A stretch of 64,000 bases of DNA from Octopus vulgaris (Eukaryota), in contig OX597818.1 of assembly GCA_951406725.2 (NCBI GenBank), positions 89,714,001 through 89,778,000 of the forward strand. Reading direction: 5' to 3'. The position numbers and the translations under genes were made by a program. The notes under the pieces were generated by a model. That model had not been told where the DNA came from, ran no database searches, and saw only the letters and a program-made list of their open reading frames with translations. Below are positions 13,461 through 25,992 of the stretch, piece after piece. How positions within the stretch are numbered: position 1 is the first letter of the stretch; every line of letters starts with the position of its first letter.

Positions 13461-14073
13461 AGGCAAGACTTCCGCTCGTCCCCTACCCTAAAAAAAACCC
13501 ACCCTTAAAAAAATTTTTTTTCGGCTACAAGAAATACGAATCTGCAAAAAAGAAATTAGCAAAAATTGTCATTTCTAAATTACCACCCTACCCCCATTTC
13601 CTTCATTTTTCACTTTTTTCAGAAATTTTTTACCCCCAAAATATGCGGAAAAATACGGAGATTATAATTGTGGAAAAAAGTTCCAAAAATATTTGTAAAA
13701 TTTTTTTAAAGAATTTTTCCCCTAAATATGCGGAAAAATACGGACGTTATGATTCGGACAAAAATTTCAAAACATTTCTGTACTTACGGTTACAGTTAGG
13801 GTTTTAGGGTTAGGATTAGGGTTAGGGTTAGGGTTTTAGGGTTATGGTTAGGGCTTTAGAGTTAGGGATTTAGGGTTAGGGTTTGTGTTGGGGAAAAAAG
13901 TCAAAATTGAAGAAGTTGGGGGTGAATGGGGAGGGGGAAATTTCACAATTCTTATTTTTGGCAATTTTCTCGAACCTCCGTATTCGAAAACGGGGATTTT
14001 TTGAAAAAAAAAACAAACTAAAAAAACCTAACAAATTTGGGAGAAAATGGGTGGGGGGCGGGCGGAAGTCTTT
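13461..14073. mobile_element. MITE with an internal degenerate (TTAGGG)n tract
   Basis: TIR AAGACTTCCGC.CG.CCC.ACCC at both ends; flanks CTGCGGGAC/CTGCAGGAC; telomere-like tract at 13788-13882. Confidence 0.7.
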
Positions 14074-14557
14074 CTGCAGGACTTTATCACTCCCTCTTCT
14101 TTCTCTCTTGTTCATTTATTCTTTTATTGTTTTTCTTATTTCAGTCAATGGAACGTACCTGTGTTGGGGGTACCACCCTTGGCATGTTTAGTCGCACAAA
14201 CCGTCCTTAGTATTCATTTTAAAGTCTGCTACTTATCTATTGATAACTTTTTGTCGAACTGCTAAGTTACGGAGATGTATACCGGTTGTCAAACAGTGGT
14301 GGGGTAGCACAAATAATACACAAGCACGTGCGCGCGTACAGAGAGAAAGCGAGAGAGAGAGAGAGTGTGAGAGAAAGAGAAATAGAGAAAGGGAAAGAGA
14401 GAAAATGTCGAAGGCAAACTGACAGTAAGATGAGATTTGGCAGAGAGAGAGAGAGGGGGGAGAGAAAGAGAGGGAGATAAAGAGAGGGAGAGAGAGAGAG
14501 ATAGAGAAAGGGAGAGAGAGAAAATGTCGAAGGCAAACTGACAGTAAGATGAGATTT

Positions 14558-14612
<55 letters not shown>

Positions 14613-15047
14613 GGAGAGAAAGAGAGGGAGAGAAAGAGAGGGAGAGAGAGAGGGAGAGAGAGAGAAAATGATGATGGTGGTAGTGGTAGTAGTGGTGGTG
14701 GTGGTGGTGGTGAAAAAGAAAGCGAGATGTTGCAGTAAGAAAAGGAAGGTGGAGAAAGGACTGAAACTGTGAACGATCGAAGTAGAAAGAGAGATATACA
14801 AAGAGAGATAGAATGCGAGGGCGTGAAAATATAAATAACAATGAAAAAAGGGAGTGAAAGATAGGTAAATAAACACGGAGATAGAGAGAGGAGAGTGAAA
14901 GAGGTGAAGGAGTAAGAAAAAAGAGCGAGAGAGAAAGGGTAGATAGAAGTTTAGGAATAAACAAGAGAGTGAAAGTTATGTAAAGATAGAGAGAGAAAAA
15001 GAGAGAGAGAGGGACAGAGACTGGAAGAGAGAGGCATAAGAAAATTG

Positions 15048-15738
15048 GGATCTTTTCGGTTTGAACGGCAGTTTTTAAAAATAATTTCCACGTAAGGCGC
15101 AGGAGTGGCTTTGTGGTAAGTAGCTTGCTAACCAACCACATGGTTCCGGGTTCATTCCCACTGCGTGGCATCTTGGGCAAGTGTCTTCTGCTATAGCCCC
15201 GGGCCGACCAATGCCTTGTGAGTGGATTTGGTAGACGGAAACTGAAAGAAGCCTGTCGTATATATGTATATATATATAAGTGTGTGTGTATATGTTTGTG
15301 TGTCTGTGTTTGTCCCCCTAGCATTGCCTGACAACCGATGCTGGTGTGTTTACGTCGCCGTCACTTAGCGGTTCGGCAAAAGAGACCGATAGAATAAGTA
15401 CATCTTTTTCTCTTGGCTTTATTGAGAAAATTCTATAGTTTGTAAGATATTTGTTGTTTTTTTTCGTCAATTTCTGCAATTTCAACCAGTCAATGACGTC
15501 CATTGAGGTAAAAAACATTCTGTGTCGTATGAATATGTCCCTCGTTTAAGAAACAGATTGGGTTTATTTACATTTGTGAAGAAAAAAGATACCATACCCC
15601 TAACCCTAACCTTAACCGTAACTAACCCTAACCCTAAAACAGATTGAAATGCAATAGATCGATACTAGGGTTATAATTATGGGTGACAATTTCATATGAC
15701 ACCGCTAGAAAAAACTGCCGTTCAAACCGAAAAGATCC
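15048..15738. mobile_element. MITE with perfect 29-bp TIRs (possibly Merlin-like), nested SINE B at ~15095-15400
   Basis: GGATCTTTTCGGTTTGAACGGCAGTTTTT and its exact reverse complement at 15710-15738; (CCCTAA)-like tract at ~15597-15637. Confidence 0.85.
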
Positions 15739-15789
15739 AAACATATGTAAATAATATCCGAAAGATATGTAAATAATATCCGAAAGATA

Positions 15790-17441
15790 TGTAAATAAAC
15801 ACGGCGATAGAGAGAGGAGAGTGAAAGAGGTGAAGGAGTAAGAAAAAAGAGCGAGAGAGAAAGGGAAGATAGAAGTTTAGGAATAAACAAGAGAGTGAAA
15901 GTTATGTAAAGATAGCGAGAGAAAAAGAGAGAGAGGGACAGAGACTAGAAGAGAGAGGCATAAGAAAATTGTGGAAAAGAACACCAGAAAGCGAAAGAGG
16001 GAGAAAGTAAAATATGTGTAAAGAATACGGAGAGAAAGAGGCCTGGATAGAGAGGGTGGGAGGTAAAGAGAGAGAAAGGAAATACGGAAAGAGACAAGAA
16101 GAAAGAGGGATGTGAAATGTGTGTGTGAGACAGAGAGAGAAAGTGAAAGATATGTAGATAGAAGCAAAGACAAAGGGAGAGAAAAAGGAAGATAAAGCTA
16201 GAAAAAGATAAAGATAGAAAACTAAGGAACAGAGAGAGAGTGGGAGCGAGAATAAAATGACAGAGATATATAGAGAAACAGGCAGAGAGTGTGAGTGAAT
16301 GAAAGAAAAAAATACATGAAATGCTAAGCGGAAGTGAAAGAGCTGCTGCAGTAGGAAAGCAGTATTGAAGCAGTACGTTTGATCTGAGCAGTTGACCGCC
16401 TTTACTAAGTTATATTCTACAACAGCGACACCAGTTAGCTGGATGTTAACGAAGCTGTGGCGGACGACGAGTGTTGATTGGTGCTGCCACCAGATGACAC
16501 CTGGCGCCAATCACACTAATCAACCAATGGCGGCCGACGTATGCAGCGGGACTTTATCACTCCCTCTTCTTTCTCTCTTTCTTTTTCTTTCTCTCTTTTG
16601 CTGTCTTATCTTTCGTTTTCTCTTCCCTTTTTCTTTTCTCTTTTTTAATCCTATTCTTTTTTTTGCTTTCTTTCTCTCTTTTGCTGTCTTATCTTTCGTT
16701 TTCTCTTCCCTTTTTCTTTTCTCTTTTTTAATCATATTCTTTCTTTTGCTTTCTTTTTCTCTTTTTTTTTTCTTACTCTCTTTTGCTGTCTTATCTTTTT
16801 TATCATATTTTTTTCTTTTGCTTTCTTTCTCTTTATCTTGTACGGCTTCTTCCACGTTCTCTCTCTTTGTTTTTGTACCTTTTTTTCTCTATTTACTGTT
16901 TCTTCTTCGTTTTCATTTGTTTCTGTTATCTATTTTCATTCTGACCTTTCTGTTTCTTTTGCTTCCTTTCTCCCTCTCTTCTCGCTCATCTCTCTATTTC
17001 TTTCTACTTCTCCACCCAGTGTTTACTCCCTGTCTATCTCTTATTCTCTCTCTAACGCTTACTCTGTCTATCTCTTATCTCTTCTCCCTTCTCTTTCCTC
17101 TGTCTTCTCCTCTCCGGTCACTATTCCCCCCCCCACACAATGTTTACCCCTCTAATACCTCTTTTCCTCTCTCTTTCACTCTGTCTTCCCTCTCCGTCAT
17201 TCATTACGCCTCTACACAGTGTTCACTCCCTTTCTAACCAACTTCACTCTCACTTTTCGCTTATCTTTCTCTGTCACTCTTCTCCATACACTGCTTACTC
17301 CCTCTCTAATCTGTCTCACCCCCTATTTCCTCTCTAATTACTTAATATGTCTCTATTCAGCTGGTTACGCTCTCACCCGTTTTCTTCATCTTTACTTTCG
17401 CACGTATCGTCTGCTTTTACTTTCTGCCTCTCACCGCTCCT

Positions 17442-17486
<45 letters not shown>

Positions 17487-17820
17487 ACTACTACACACAC
17501 ACTTTATCGCTTCCTGTATCTTTTACTTTCTTTTTCATTCATACTGACTCTCAATCTCTCTCAATTTATTGTTATTTAATCTTTTTGTCTCTCTCGTTTC
17601 CTCTCTACACACATACACATATGTGCACTTTCTTTCTCTCCAATACATTCTTTATCTCTCTATTCATGTCGATTCCTTTCTCTCTTTCTTTCTTTCTTTG
17701 TTTCTCTCACACAATGTCTCTTTGCTTTCTCCCCTCCCAACGTTTCTCAACATTTTTGTCACCCCATTTCTTCTTCCCCCTTCTCCCCCTCTCATTCTTT
17801 CCGTTCACTTCTCTCTAACG
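15790..17820. repeat. GA-rich arm, GC-richer core (16325-16560), CT-rich arm
   Basis: Abrupt purine-to-pyrimidine strand switch around a unique core. Confidence 0.7.
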
Positions 17821-17981
17821 TTCGTCTTTTGTTTCTCTCAAAAAGAAGTTCACTTTTCGACCAAGAGGTTTTAGAATCAGTCTCACTGCACGGCATTTAA
17901 GGCAAGCGTCTATAACTTGGGGCCATCTAGTGCCCTGTGAGTGAATTTGTAGATGGAAGCTGGGTAGAAGCCCGTCGTCTG

Positions 17982-18069
<88 letters not shown>

Positions 18070-18193
18070 AATAATTGAGATTCAGATGAATAAGGTACTT
18101 AAGTTGAAGCACCAAAAATTAGTGCTGTATTATCCGTACAACTTCGAAATAAGGTGAACAAAATCAAAATAAGCAACAGGATATCCAGAGGTA

Positions 18194-18281
18194 ATGCAGT
18201 ACGGCCGTTTCAAGCGACTCCATTTAATTGAACAATGCAATCATTACATCAATTTAAATGTAGCGCTATCATCAGCTGCAT
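18194..18281 (-). ncRNA. Type I hammerhead ribozyme with a long stem II, in a PLE-like fragment (~18080-18295)
   Basis: Minus: ATGCAG-CTGATGA-[57-nt hairpin]-GAA-ACGGCCGT-A-CTGCAT; intact core, 6-bp stem I, palindromic stem III. Confidence 0.85.
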
Positions 18282-18424
18282 AAATAAATATATAGAATTA
18301 GCTATCTATCTATTTATCTGTCTGTCTGTCTGTTTCTCTCTCTCTCCACCCATACACACAAGATGCATTCCAAAAGTTTTGAGACTTTTTTTTAGTTAAT
18401 TTCAAAGAAATACAAAACTCTGAT

Positions 18425-18855
18425 CTTATTTTCCGTCCACTATTTCTGGGACAGTCTTGGGGTTAGGTTCCTCAGGTTCTTCCTTCATAGGATCTAATGA
18501 GAATCAACCATCATTATAATTTCCGGCTTGACTCCCAATTATGATCAACTGACACTATGGATATGATCCAACCATGTCGTTCTTGGTCTAACCCCAGTCA
18601 CTTGACGTTTGACTCAGCTTGAAGAATCCGTCCTGCGATCTTTTTCTGCGACATTCTAATCACATGTCCGTAGAACCAGAGCTGTGACCTCTCAATGCGA
18701 AGAAATAACGGCTCGAACTGGATAGATTTTCTGACCTCCAAGCTACGCCTCCTGTGAATAACATTACTCCAGATGCCATTCGGAGGAATCTCATTTAGAC
18801 GGCTGGTATTTGCACTCGTACTCATTCTGTCATTACCTAACATTCATGATCTTAC
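18425..18855 (-). pseudogene. RTE LINE 3' fragment
   Basis: EPLFLRIERSQLWFYGHVIRM..RPRTTWLD, typical of the RTE C-terminus. Confidence 0.75.
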
Positions 18856-19782
18856 GTGAAAAGCGTAATCAAATTTCCTTAGAAATCAAACTTTCAAGAT
18901 AGAAATAAATTTGCATTTTAGCAATAATTTTAACATACTTAAATAAGATGTGTTCAGCAGAATAGACAGGTCGTCAGCAAAATAAATAGCTTTCTACAAG
19001 AATGTACATACAAAAAGTAGCAACAATTTATTGGAGCATACATAGATGAATAAAACAGAATTCTGTAACTGAAATGTTGGGAATGTTCCGTATGTAGTGT
19101 CAAAACAAAACAGTGTGCATTATGAATAACTTGCAATGCAGTCCGGCGTTACCCGGGTGTTATGACCTTCAACCACATTGTATTAGTTGTTCCTTTCTTG
19201 TGGGCAGAATCGGCACAGGAAAAATACGAAGCAAACAACTTCTTCATAAACATGTTTTTCGGTTATTTTCTGACGAACAACGCTGCAGTTTCCGTCCACT
19301 GAATTCAGTCACAAGTCTGTGGTTGGCCTAGGACTTATAGTAGAAAACACTTGCCCAAGGTAGCATGCAGAGGGACTGAACAGGGAACCATGTGGTTGGG
19401 AAGCAAACTTCTCAACCACACAGTCATTCTTGCAACCTAATATGTGTGTATGTGTGTTTACATTTGTTGTTAAATCGAATATTGTGCTCCACTATGTCTC
19501 AAAGTTTGTAGTTCATCAAGCAGAGATCTATAAAATAAATGCCGTACTGAGGTCAGTATGGTCAATTAAATTTTTGAAAGTGATACCCCATCGAGGCGAC
19601 AGTCGAAAGACTAAACCCAGAAAAATAATATTTAAAGATTTTATGGCTTCAAATTTAAGGTAACAAGATAATGAGTTCAAAACTTTATATTGAACTTCCA
19701 CTCTATATGATAACAGTATATATACATTTCAGTTATTCTGAGAAAAAATACTTTTTTCACCACAGCAATGCACACACACACA

Positions 19783-19852
<70 letters not shown>

Positions 19853-21103
19853 AGTCTGTGGTAACAACGAATATCAGCCAAATCTCTCTTAAATCACACC
19901 CTTTCATCAAAAGAAAGACACAGATTTACAGTATTTCAGGAAGAAAAAACAAAACGAAAAAACGTAGCAATGGGTCTGCTACATCAGAGGCAACTCTGGG
20001 CTAAACAAAACACAGGCATTAAAATATTATCTACTAAATAATACTAATAAAGTTGACGGTGTATCTATCTGCCGTGTATTTTAAACATTTTCTCATTATG
20101 CTCTATGGAAGACATATTGTTCAGGCACAGTTGCCTCCTTTAGCTAAAGACCTCAAAAATGCGCGATACGACCTCGTTTTCGAGGTTATTTTTGTACTAT
20201 AAAAGAGTTGTGCAAAAAACATACTTTATTTGGTAACCGAAAGATTACTGAATTTTTTGATACCTCATACGTCAAAATCGGCAACTCAGTTTTCGAATCC
20301 ATAGGAACATACACACACAACTCTATTTTATATATTAAGAAAATACAAGCGAAAGAAAATATTATACGAGGAAAAAAATTCAAGAACAAAAGATTTTAAA
20401 CAACAAACATGTGCAAGTTCTGAGAATTATTTGTTGATCGACGGATATTACACCGACAATGATAACGATTCTATTAATAGGTGAATCACCTCTGTTTATA
20501 TGACATCAACTGGTGAAGAACGTGCTAAAAATCAAGCTGCAGTACAAAAACTGAATATTAATTGATGAAAATAAAAGGTATTAGGCGCAGTCATGTAATA
20601 TACAGAACTGGACAGGTCGTTATGAGCCGATCTTGTGTGCAATTTTGAGAATGAAATGAAAGTCCGTTTGGTCACGTAATATGCAAAACAGATCAGGATT
20701 ATGAGTCATGTTTTGTGTTAGATTTTTCAAATTACAAATGTTTACAATCTAAAAGCAACAAGTAAAGATCATTTAGTTGATATCTTTTCGACAATATTGG
20801 CAATGGAAATTATTGTTGTTTTGAGGGAGCTTTAACTTAGAAGTATTTCTTATCTTACAAGGAATTAAGTTGTAAGGTTAGATATAAATTTTATTCATGC
20901 AGTCTGTAAGTAACAATAATTTAGAATGATCGAATTATCTTTGTAAATCTAGACAAAGTTTTAACCTACCACTTTCTAGGATATTACCAGCTGATCCAAG
21001 TTTTACCACCTACTTGTGTTACATATGTAAGATTCTATCTTATCATCCTAAGTAGAACGATTCTACTCATTTGGCAAAGGAATGATCGGTGCGCGTGCAC
21101 GCA

Positions 21104-21193
<90 letters not shown>

Positions 21194-21249
21194 CACACTC
21201 ACACACATCGTATGCTTTTATCGACACCCTCGTTACCAAGCAGGCCTGG

Positions 21250-21990
21250 TGAAGACGTCGGCGACTAAATATTTGACGACACAGATAATTGCACGTCCCT
21301 ATACCTCACTGGTCAAAATATGCTTCCATTCTGTCCTTGATTATTGTACCCTTCTCTTCTATTCAGGCTCAAATTGTTTACCTATGTCGTCTTTCCATCA
21401 ACTTGGAAGTCTTCCGAGTGTTGCCGCCAAGATATTGTACTCTTAAACATCTGCAGTTCAGAAGTGGCCTTTCAGTTCTGTTAAGGACTTATACCCCTTT
21501 GTACAAATGTGGCAAAGACCGGTGCATCTTGAAGTAGGTGCTCACAGAGTCACCAGCTATGCTGACACGTACCTTCATTCCATCATGGAATATTTCAATG
21601 ACTGTTTTGCCTTTTTCGGCTGCAGCTAGCCATAATATGCAACACATAATAGAGATATTAAAAATCACGCGGTGCCTCGAAATTTTTAAAAATCAGGCAA
21701 GACCTTCCACAGGACATATCACCCTCTATAAACAGCGTATGAATTTGCCCAAAAAGAATAACTAGTTTAGATCACTGGATACAAACGAAGTCACAAATGT
21801 TGCATCAGTTTTCCTTCTCCTATGTCTAAACAAAGACCAGGTGTCTCTAATTCCCACCTTTTGGGTGGCTGTTGACTCTACTGCAGGGCGAAAATCACCT
21901 TCTTTACCAAGCAGCCTGGTCTAGCTGTCGGCAACTAAACCGGCAGTCCTACCAGGCCTGCTTAGAAAGGAGGGATTGTTTGCGTTGGAC
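21250..21990 (-). mobile_element. Degenerate RTE-type element, 5'UTR with a local foldback
   Basis: Shares 5'UTR motifs with 770-1040; the coding part is barely recognisable. Confidence 0.4.
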
Positions 21991-22266
21991 ATACATACAT
22001 ACATACATACATACATACATACATACATACATACATACATACATACATACATACATACAAACATACATACATACATACATACATACAGATATGTGTGAAT
22101 GAGTATGTTGGGACGCTTATTATGAATATTAGCAATACATGGTTGAAAAATACTCTGGGGGAAGCGTTCTGCGCATGCAAACTAAAAATACATTTAGATC
22201 CCAATTATGTAAAACAGTGAATTGATCAAAACAAGGGAGATAAGTCTAATAATATCAGATAATCCA

Positions 22267-22313
<47 letters not shown>

Positions 22314-22329
22314 GTTAGGATGTGAGGTT

Positions 22330-22570
22330 CACGTACGTAAGGTTGTGGTTTCGACAGAATTGCATAGAAATGGTTTTCCCAATTCAAGGAGAGGGAATTC
22401 GACTATCTACTTTCTGACCGACTGTTTCAATTGACTGATGAACGATTCAACGAGTTTCTCCACGAGGTTCCGCACCAATCCCCAGGGAACTGGCTTAGTA
22501 GAAGGTGCTCTCATGATACCGTCGCCCGCAGCCTTCATTCCATGCGTAAGGTCCAAAAACTTGCTCATGA
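22330..22570 (+). pseudogene. Mariner transposase N-terminal (HTH) fragment
   Basis: KWFSQFKEREFD..DERFNEFLHEVPHQS..CSHDTVARSLHSMRKVQKL. Confidence 0.7.
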
Positions 22571-22975
22571 AAAGTAAAGATGAAATTAAATGCGGAAAAC
22601 CCCCGAATCTGTTTAACTGACAACTCAATACATAATATACATACATATACACACATAAAGCCCAAGGTGTCACTCAGTGGGATTGAACTTGCAACCATTT
22701 GGTTGGGAAACAGATTCTTACAACAAAGTCACGCTTGTGGAGTATTGTGATCTCAGACACTTGTATGCCACTGGAACCGAGTTAAGTTCACGACCTTACG
22801 ACCTCTAGTGCTCATCACAGACAAATCTTGTATTGATCTACAACTGTTTAAGCCGAACCACAATCACGCGTGCATTATCATATTGGCTTCAAAAGTTATT
22901 GTCCTTCTTCTATTCCTCCTACTCCTCCTTTGACTAGCCTTAAAAAATAAAAAGGCTTTTGTTACACTATATATA

Positions 22976-23380
22976 GGCGTAGGAGTGGCTATGTGGTAAG
23001 TAGCTTGCTTACAAAACGCATGGTTCCGGATTCAGTCCCACAGCATGGCACCATGGGCAAGTGTCTTCTACTATAGCCTCGGGCTGACCAAAGCCTTGTG
23101 ACTGAATTTGGTAGACGGAAACTGAAAGAAGCCCGTCGTATATATGTATATGTATGTGTGTGTATATGTTTGTGTGTCTGTGTTTGTCTCCCCACCATCG
23201 CTTCACAACTGATGCTGGTATGTTTACGTCCCCGTAACTTAGTGGTTCGGCCAAAGAGACCGATAGAATAAGTACTAGGCTTACAAAGAATAAGTCCTGG
23301 GGTCGATTTGCACGACTAAAGGCGGTGCTCCAGCATGGCCACAGTCACATGACTGAAACAAGTAAAACAGTAAAAGAGAA
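22976..23380 (+). mobile_element. SINE family B, full length
   Basis: A box TGGCTATGTGG, B box GGATTCAGTCCC, CR1-like tail. Confidence 0.9.
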
Positions 23381-23388
23381 AAAAAGTG

Positions 23389-23466
<78 letters not shown>

Positions 23467-23475
23467 CGGCGTATA

Positions 23476-23706
23476 CAGGGTTGGCCAAATGTCACCCGAC
23501 AGTACATCAAAATTCCATTAATACTATCTGGTATTCTGTATTGACTCGAATGGAAAAAATTTGTCGCTCAAGGACTTCAGTTTGAACAATTTTCATGATG
23601 TTTCATATTTACATGCTTTTATTAAATTCATTCAGTTGCTAAACATAAATAAATCTTGGAATTAAATGGTTTTGATTTACTGTCAGGTGACTTTTAGCCA
23701 GCGTTG
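23476..23706. mobile_element. Tc1/mariner MITE
   Basis: TA|CAGGGTTGGCCAAATGTCACCCGACAGTA ... TACTGTCAGGTGACTTTTAGCCAGCGTTG|TA. Confidence 0.8.
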
Positions 23707-23854
23707 TATGTGTGCTAAAGTTACAATGAAAATAAGGTGTAACTGAAGAAGTTGAATGACTGAAACAGATTATGACACCACAGGCAGGTTTTGGAGCTGG
23801 TGAGTCATCAGAACGACAGATACGTTATTTCTAAAGTAAAGGGTATGCGTAAGT

Positions 23855-24437
23855 ACCCACTTCGGGCATGAATGGCCATGGGATTGCAGCTAGAAAATTT
23901 CCCGTCCGAGGCACAAGTCAGAGCTAAGTTGTTTATGGAAGACCAGTAGTCGCCCATGCATACCTATTTCTTTACTACCCACAAGGGGCTAAACACAGAG
24001 AGGACAAACAAGGACAGACAAACGGATTAAATCGATTATATCGACCCCAGTGCGTAACTGGTACTTATTTAATCGACCCCGAAAGGATGAAAGGCAAAGT
24101 TGACCTCGGCGGAATTTGAACTCAGAATGTAGCGGCAGACGAAATACTGCTAAGCATTTCACCCGGCGTGCTAACGATTCTGCCAGCTCGCTGCCTTTCG
24201 CCCATGCATACCAGCCTTCCACTCTCCACGTCACCGATGTTATCCAAAAAGAAAGGCAAAAGCTGATACGGCTTGACACCAGTGACGTCACAACTCATTT
24301 CTACAGTTAAGCGAACTGGAGAAAAAAATGAAATAAAGTGATTGGTCAAGAACACGACACACGGCGCGGTCCGGGAATCGAACTCAACTTCACAATTGTA
24401 AGCCTGATGCTCTACCCACTGAGCCATGCGCCTTCAC
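23855..24437 (-). mobile_element. SINE family D with nested SINE C (23965-24197)
   Basis: Perfect 15-bp TSD TCGCCCATGCATACC at 23950-23964 and 24198-24212. Confidence 0.85.
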
Positions 24438-24765
24438 TATATCTAATGTAAATGTTAAAATAAACAATAAAAATAGACAAGTTTATTCTTTCTGTTCTTT
24501 TCAATGGTCTGTGTGTATGTCCGTGATAAATGATACGTGTGAAGACTTTTTATGTAATACCGGATATCACCTCTGTTAAGAGAGATATCATTTGCTTGTC
24601 TTAATAACCATTATTACAGATTTTATTTCTTGTTTAAAAAAATCTAATATATTGGGTTTCTAACAAAAGCTAATATCCTGTAAATACCTATGCACATTTA
24701 CGGGTATTATTACTATCGACTAGCTCCTTCTTCAAAATTTCAGGCTTTGTACCTACAGTAGAAAA

Positions 24766-24796
<31 letters not shown>

Positions 24797-24809
24797 ATTA
24801 TTGTTATTA

Positions 24810-25280
24810 TTGAGTGAGAGAGCAGTGCATGCCATCAAAGTGACACTAGGGTAAAATATACGAAGTCCAGTATACCCATCTGATAAGGGTACCCGTCTGA
24901 TAAGGGTACACCAGGTACAATGCATCATAACCATATGTGCACGATATGGTGATCTCATAAACAGCACATGACCTTGCTGGTGGGGCCCAGTTAGAATTTT
25001 CTTCTGGTCGAGTAGCCCATCCCGCGAGAGCCCATCCCGCTCAAAAGGTCACTGAAGAAGGATTGTTTATGGATATTGAACGAACTACCCATGTTTCCAA
25101 AGGTGAATTATCCAAACCTCCAATAATTCCTTTCAACACATGGCTCTGATGCTCCTCCACTACTTCTACTCATGATCAGAGATGCACATATCGTCAGCCA
25201 CTAAGGGTCATGCTCAACTGGTTAAAGTCAAACAACTGACAAGCAAATCTGTGGTATTGAGCAGAATATTTGCTGTAGCA
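24810..25280. repeat. Unclassified interspersed repeat
   Basis: 25090-25280 matches the reverse complement of ~47825-47995. Confidence 0.6.
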
Positions 25281-25281
25281 C

Positions 25282-25326
<45 letters not shown>

Positions 25327-25329
25327 CTT

Positions 25330-25486
25330 TACGGTGACGAGCTGGCACAATCGTTACCACGCCGGGCGATATGCTTAGCAGTATTTCGTCTGCCGCTACG
25401 TTCTGGGTTCAGATTCCGCCGATGTCGATGTAATCAACTTAATCCTTTCCTTCAAATTTGAGACCTTGTGCTTCCAGGTAGAAAGA

Positions 25487-25518
<32 letters not shown>

Positions 25519-25694
25519 GGCGACGTGCTGGCAGAATCGGTAGCACGCTTCAGGAAATGCATAGGGGCATTTCGCCCGTCCTTACGTTCTGTGTTCAAAT
25601 TATGCCGAGGATCGATAAATTAAGTACTAGTCAAGTACTGGGGTCGATGTGATCTTCCCCTTAAATTCCAGACCTTGTGCCTATAGTAGAAAGG

Positions 25695-25726
<32 letters not shown>

Positions 25727-25954
25727 TATTATTATTATTAAGGCGATGAGCTGGCAGAATCGGTAGCACGCTTCACGAAATGCTTAGCGGCATTTCGTCT
25801 GCCGTTACGTTCTGAGTTCAAATTCCGCCGAGGTCGACTTTGTTTTTTATCCTTTCGGGGGTCGGTAAAATAAGTACCAGTTACGCACTGGGATCGACGT
25901 AATCGACTAGCTACTCCCTCCAAAATTTCAGGCCTTGTGCCTATAGTAGAACAG

Positions 25955-25992
<38 letters not shown>

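Noticed and set aside
13788-13882. True telomere or chromosome fusion site
   Set aside because: Short, degenerate and enclosed by transposon TIRs
14233-17874. Leu/Ser/Phe-rich ORFs of 200-360 aa
   Set aside because: Translations of GA/CT low-complexity DNA and SINE sequence
22407-22673. Protein-like minus ORF and a GTAAGG donor read as a host exon
   Set aside because: The plus frame is a mariner transposase remnant
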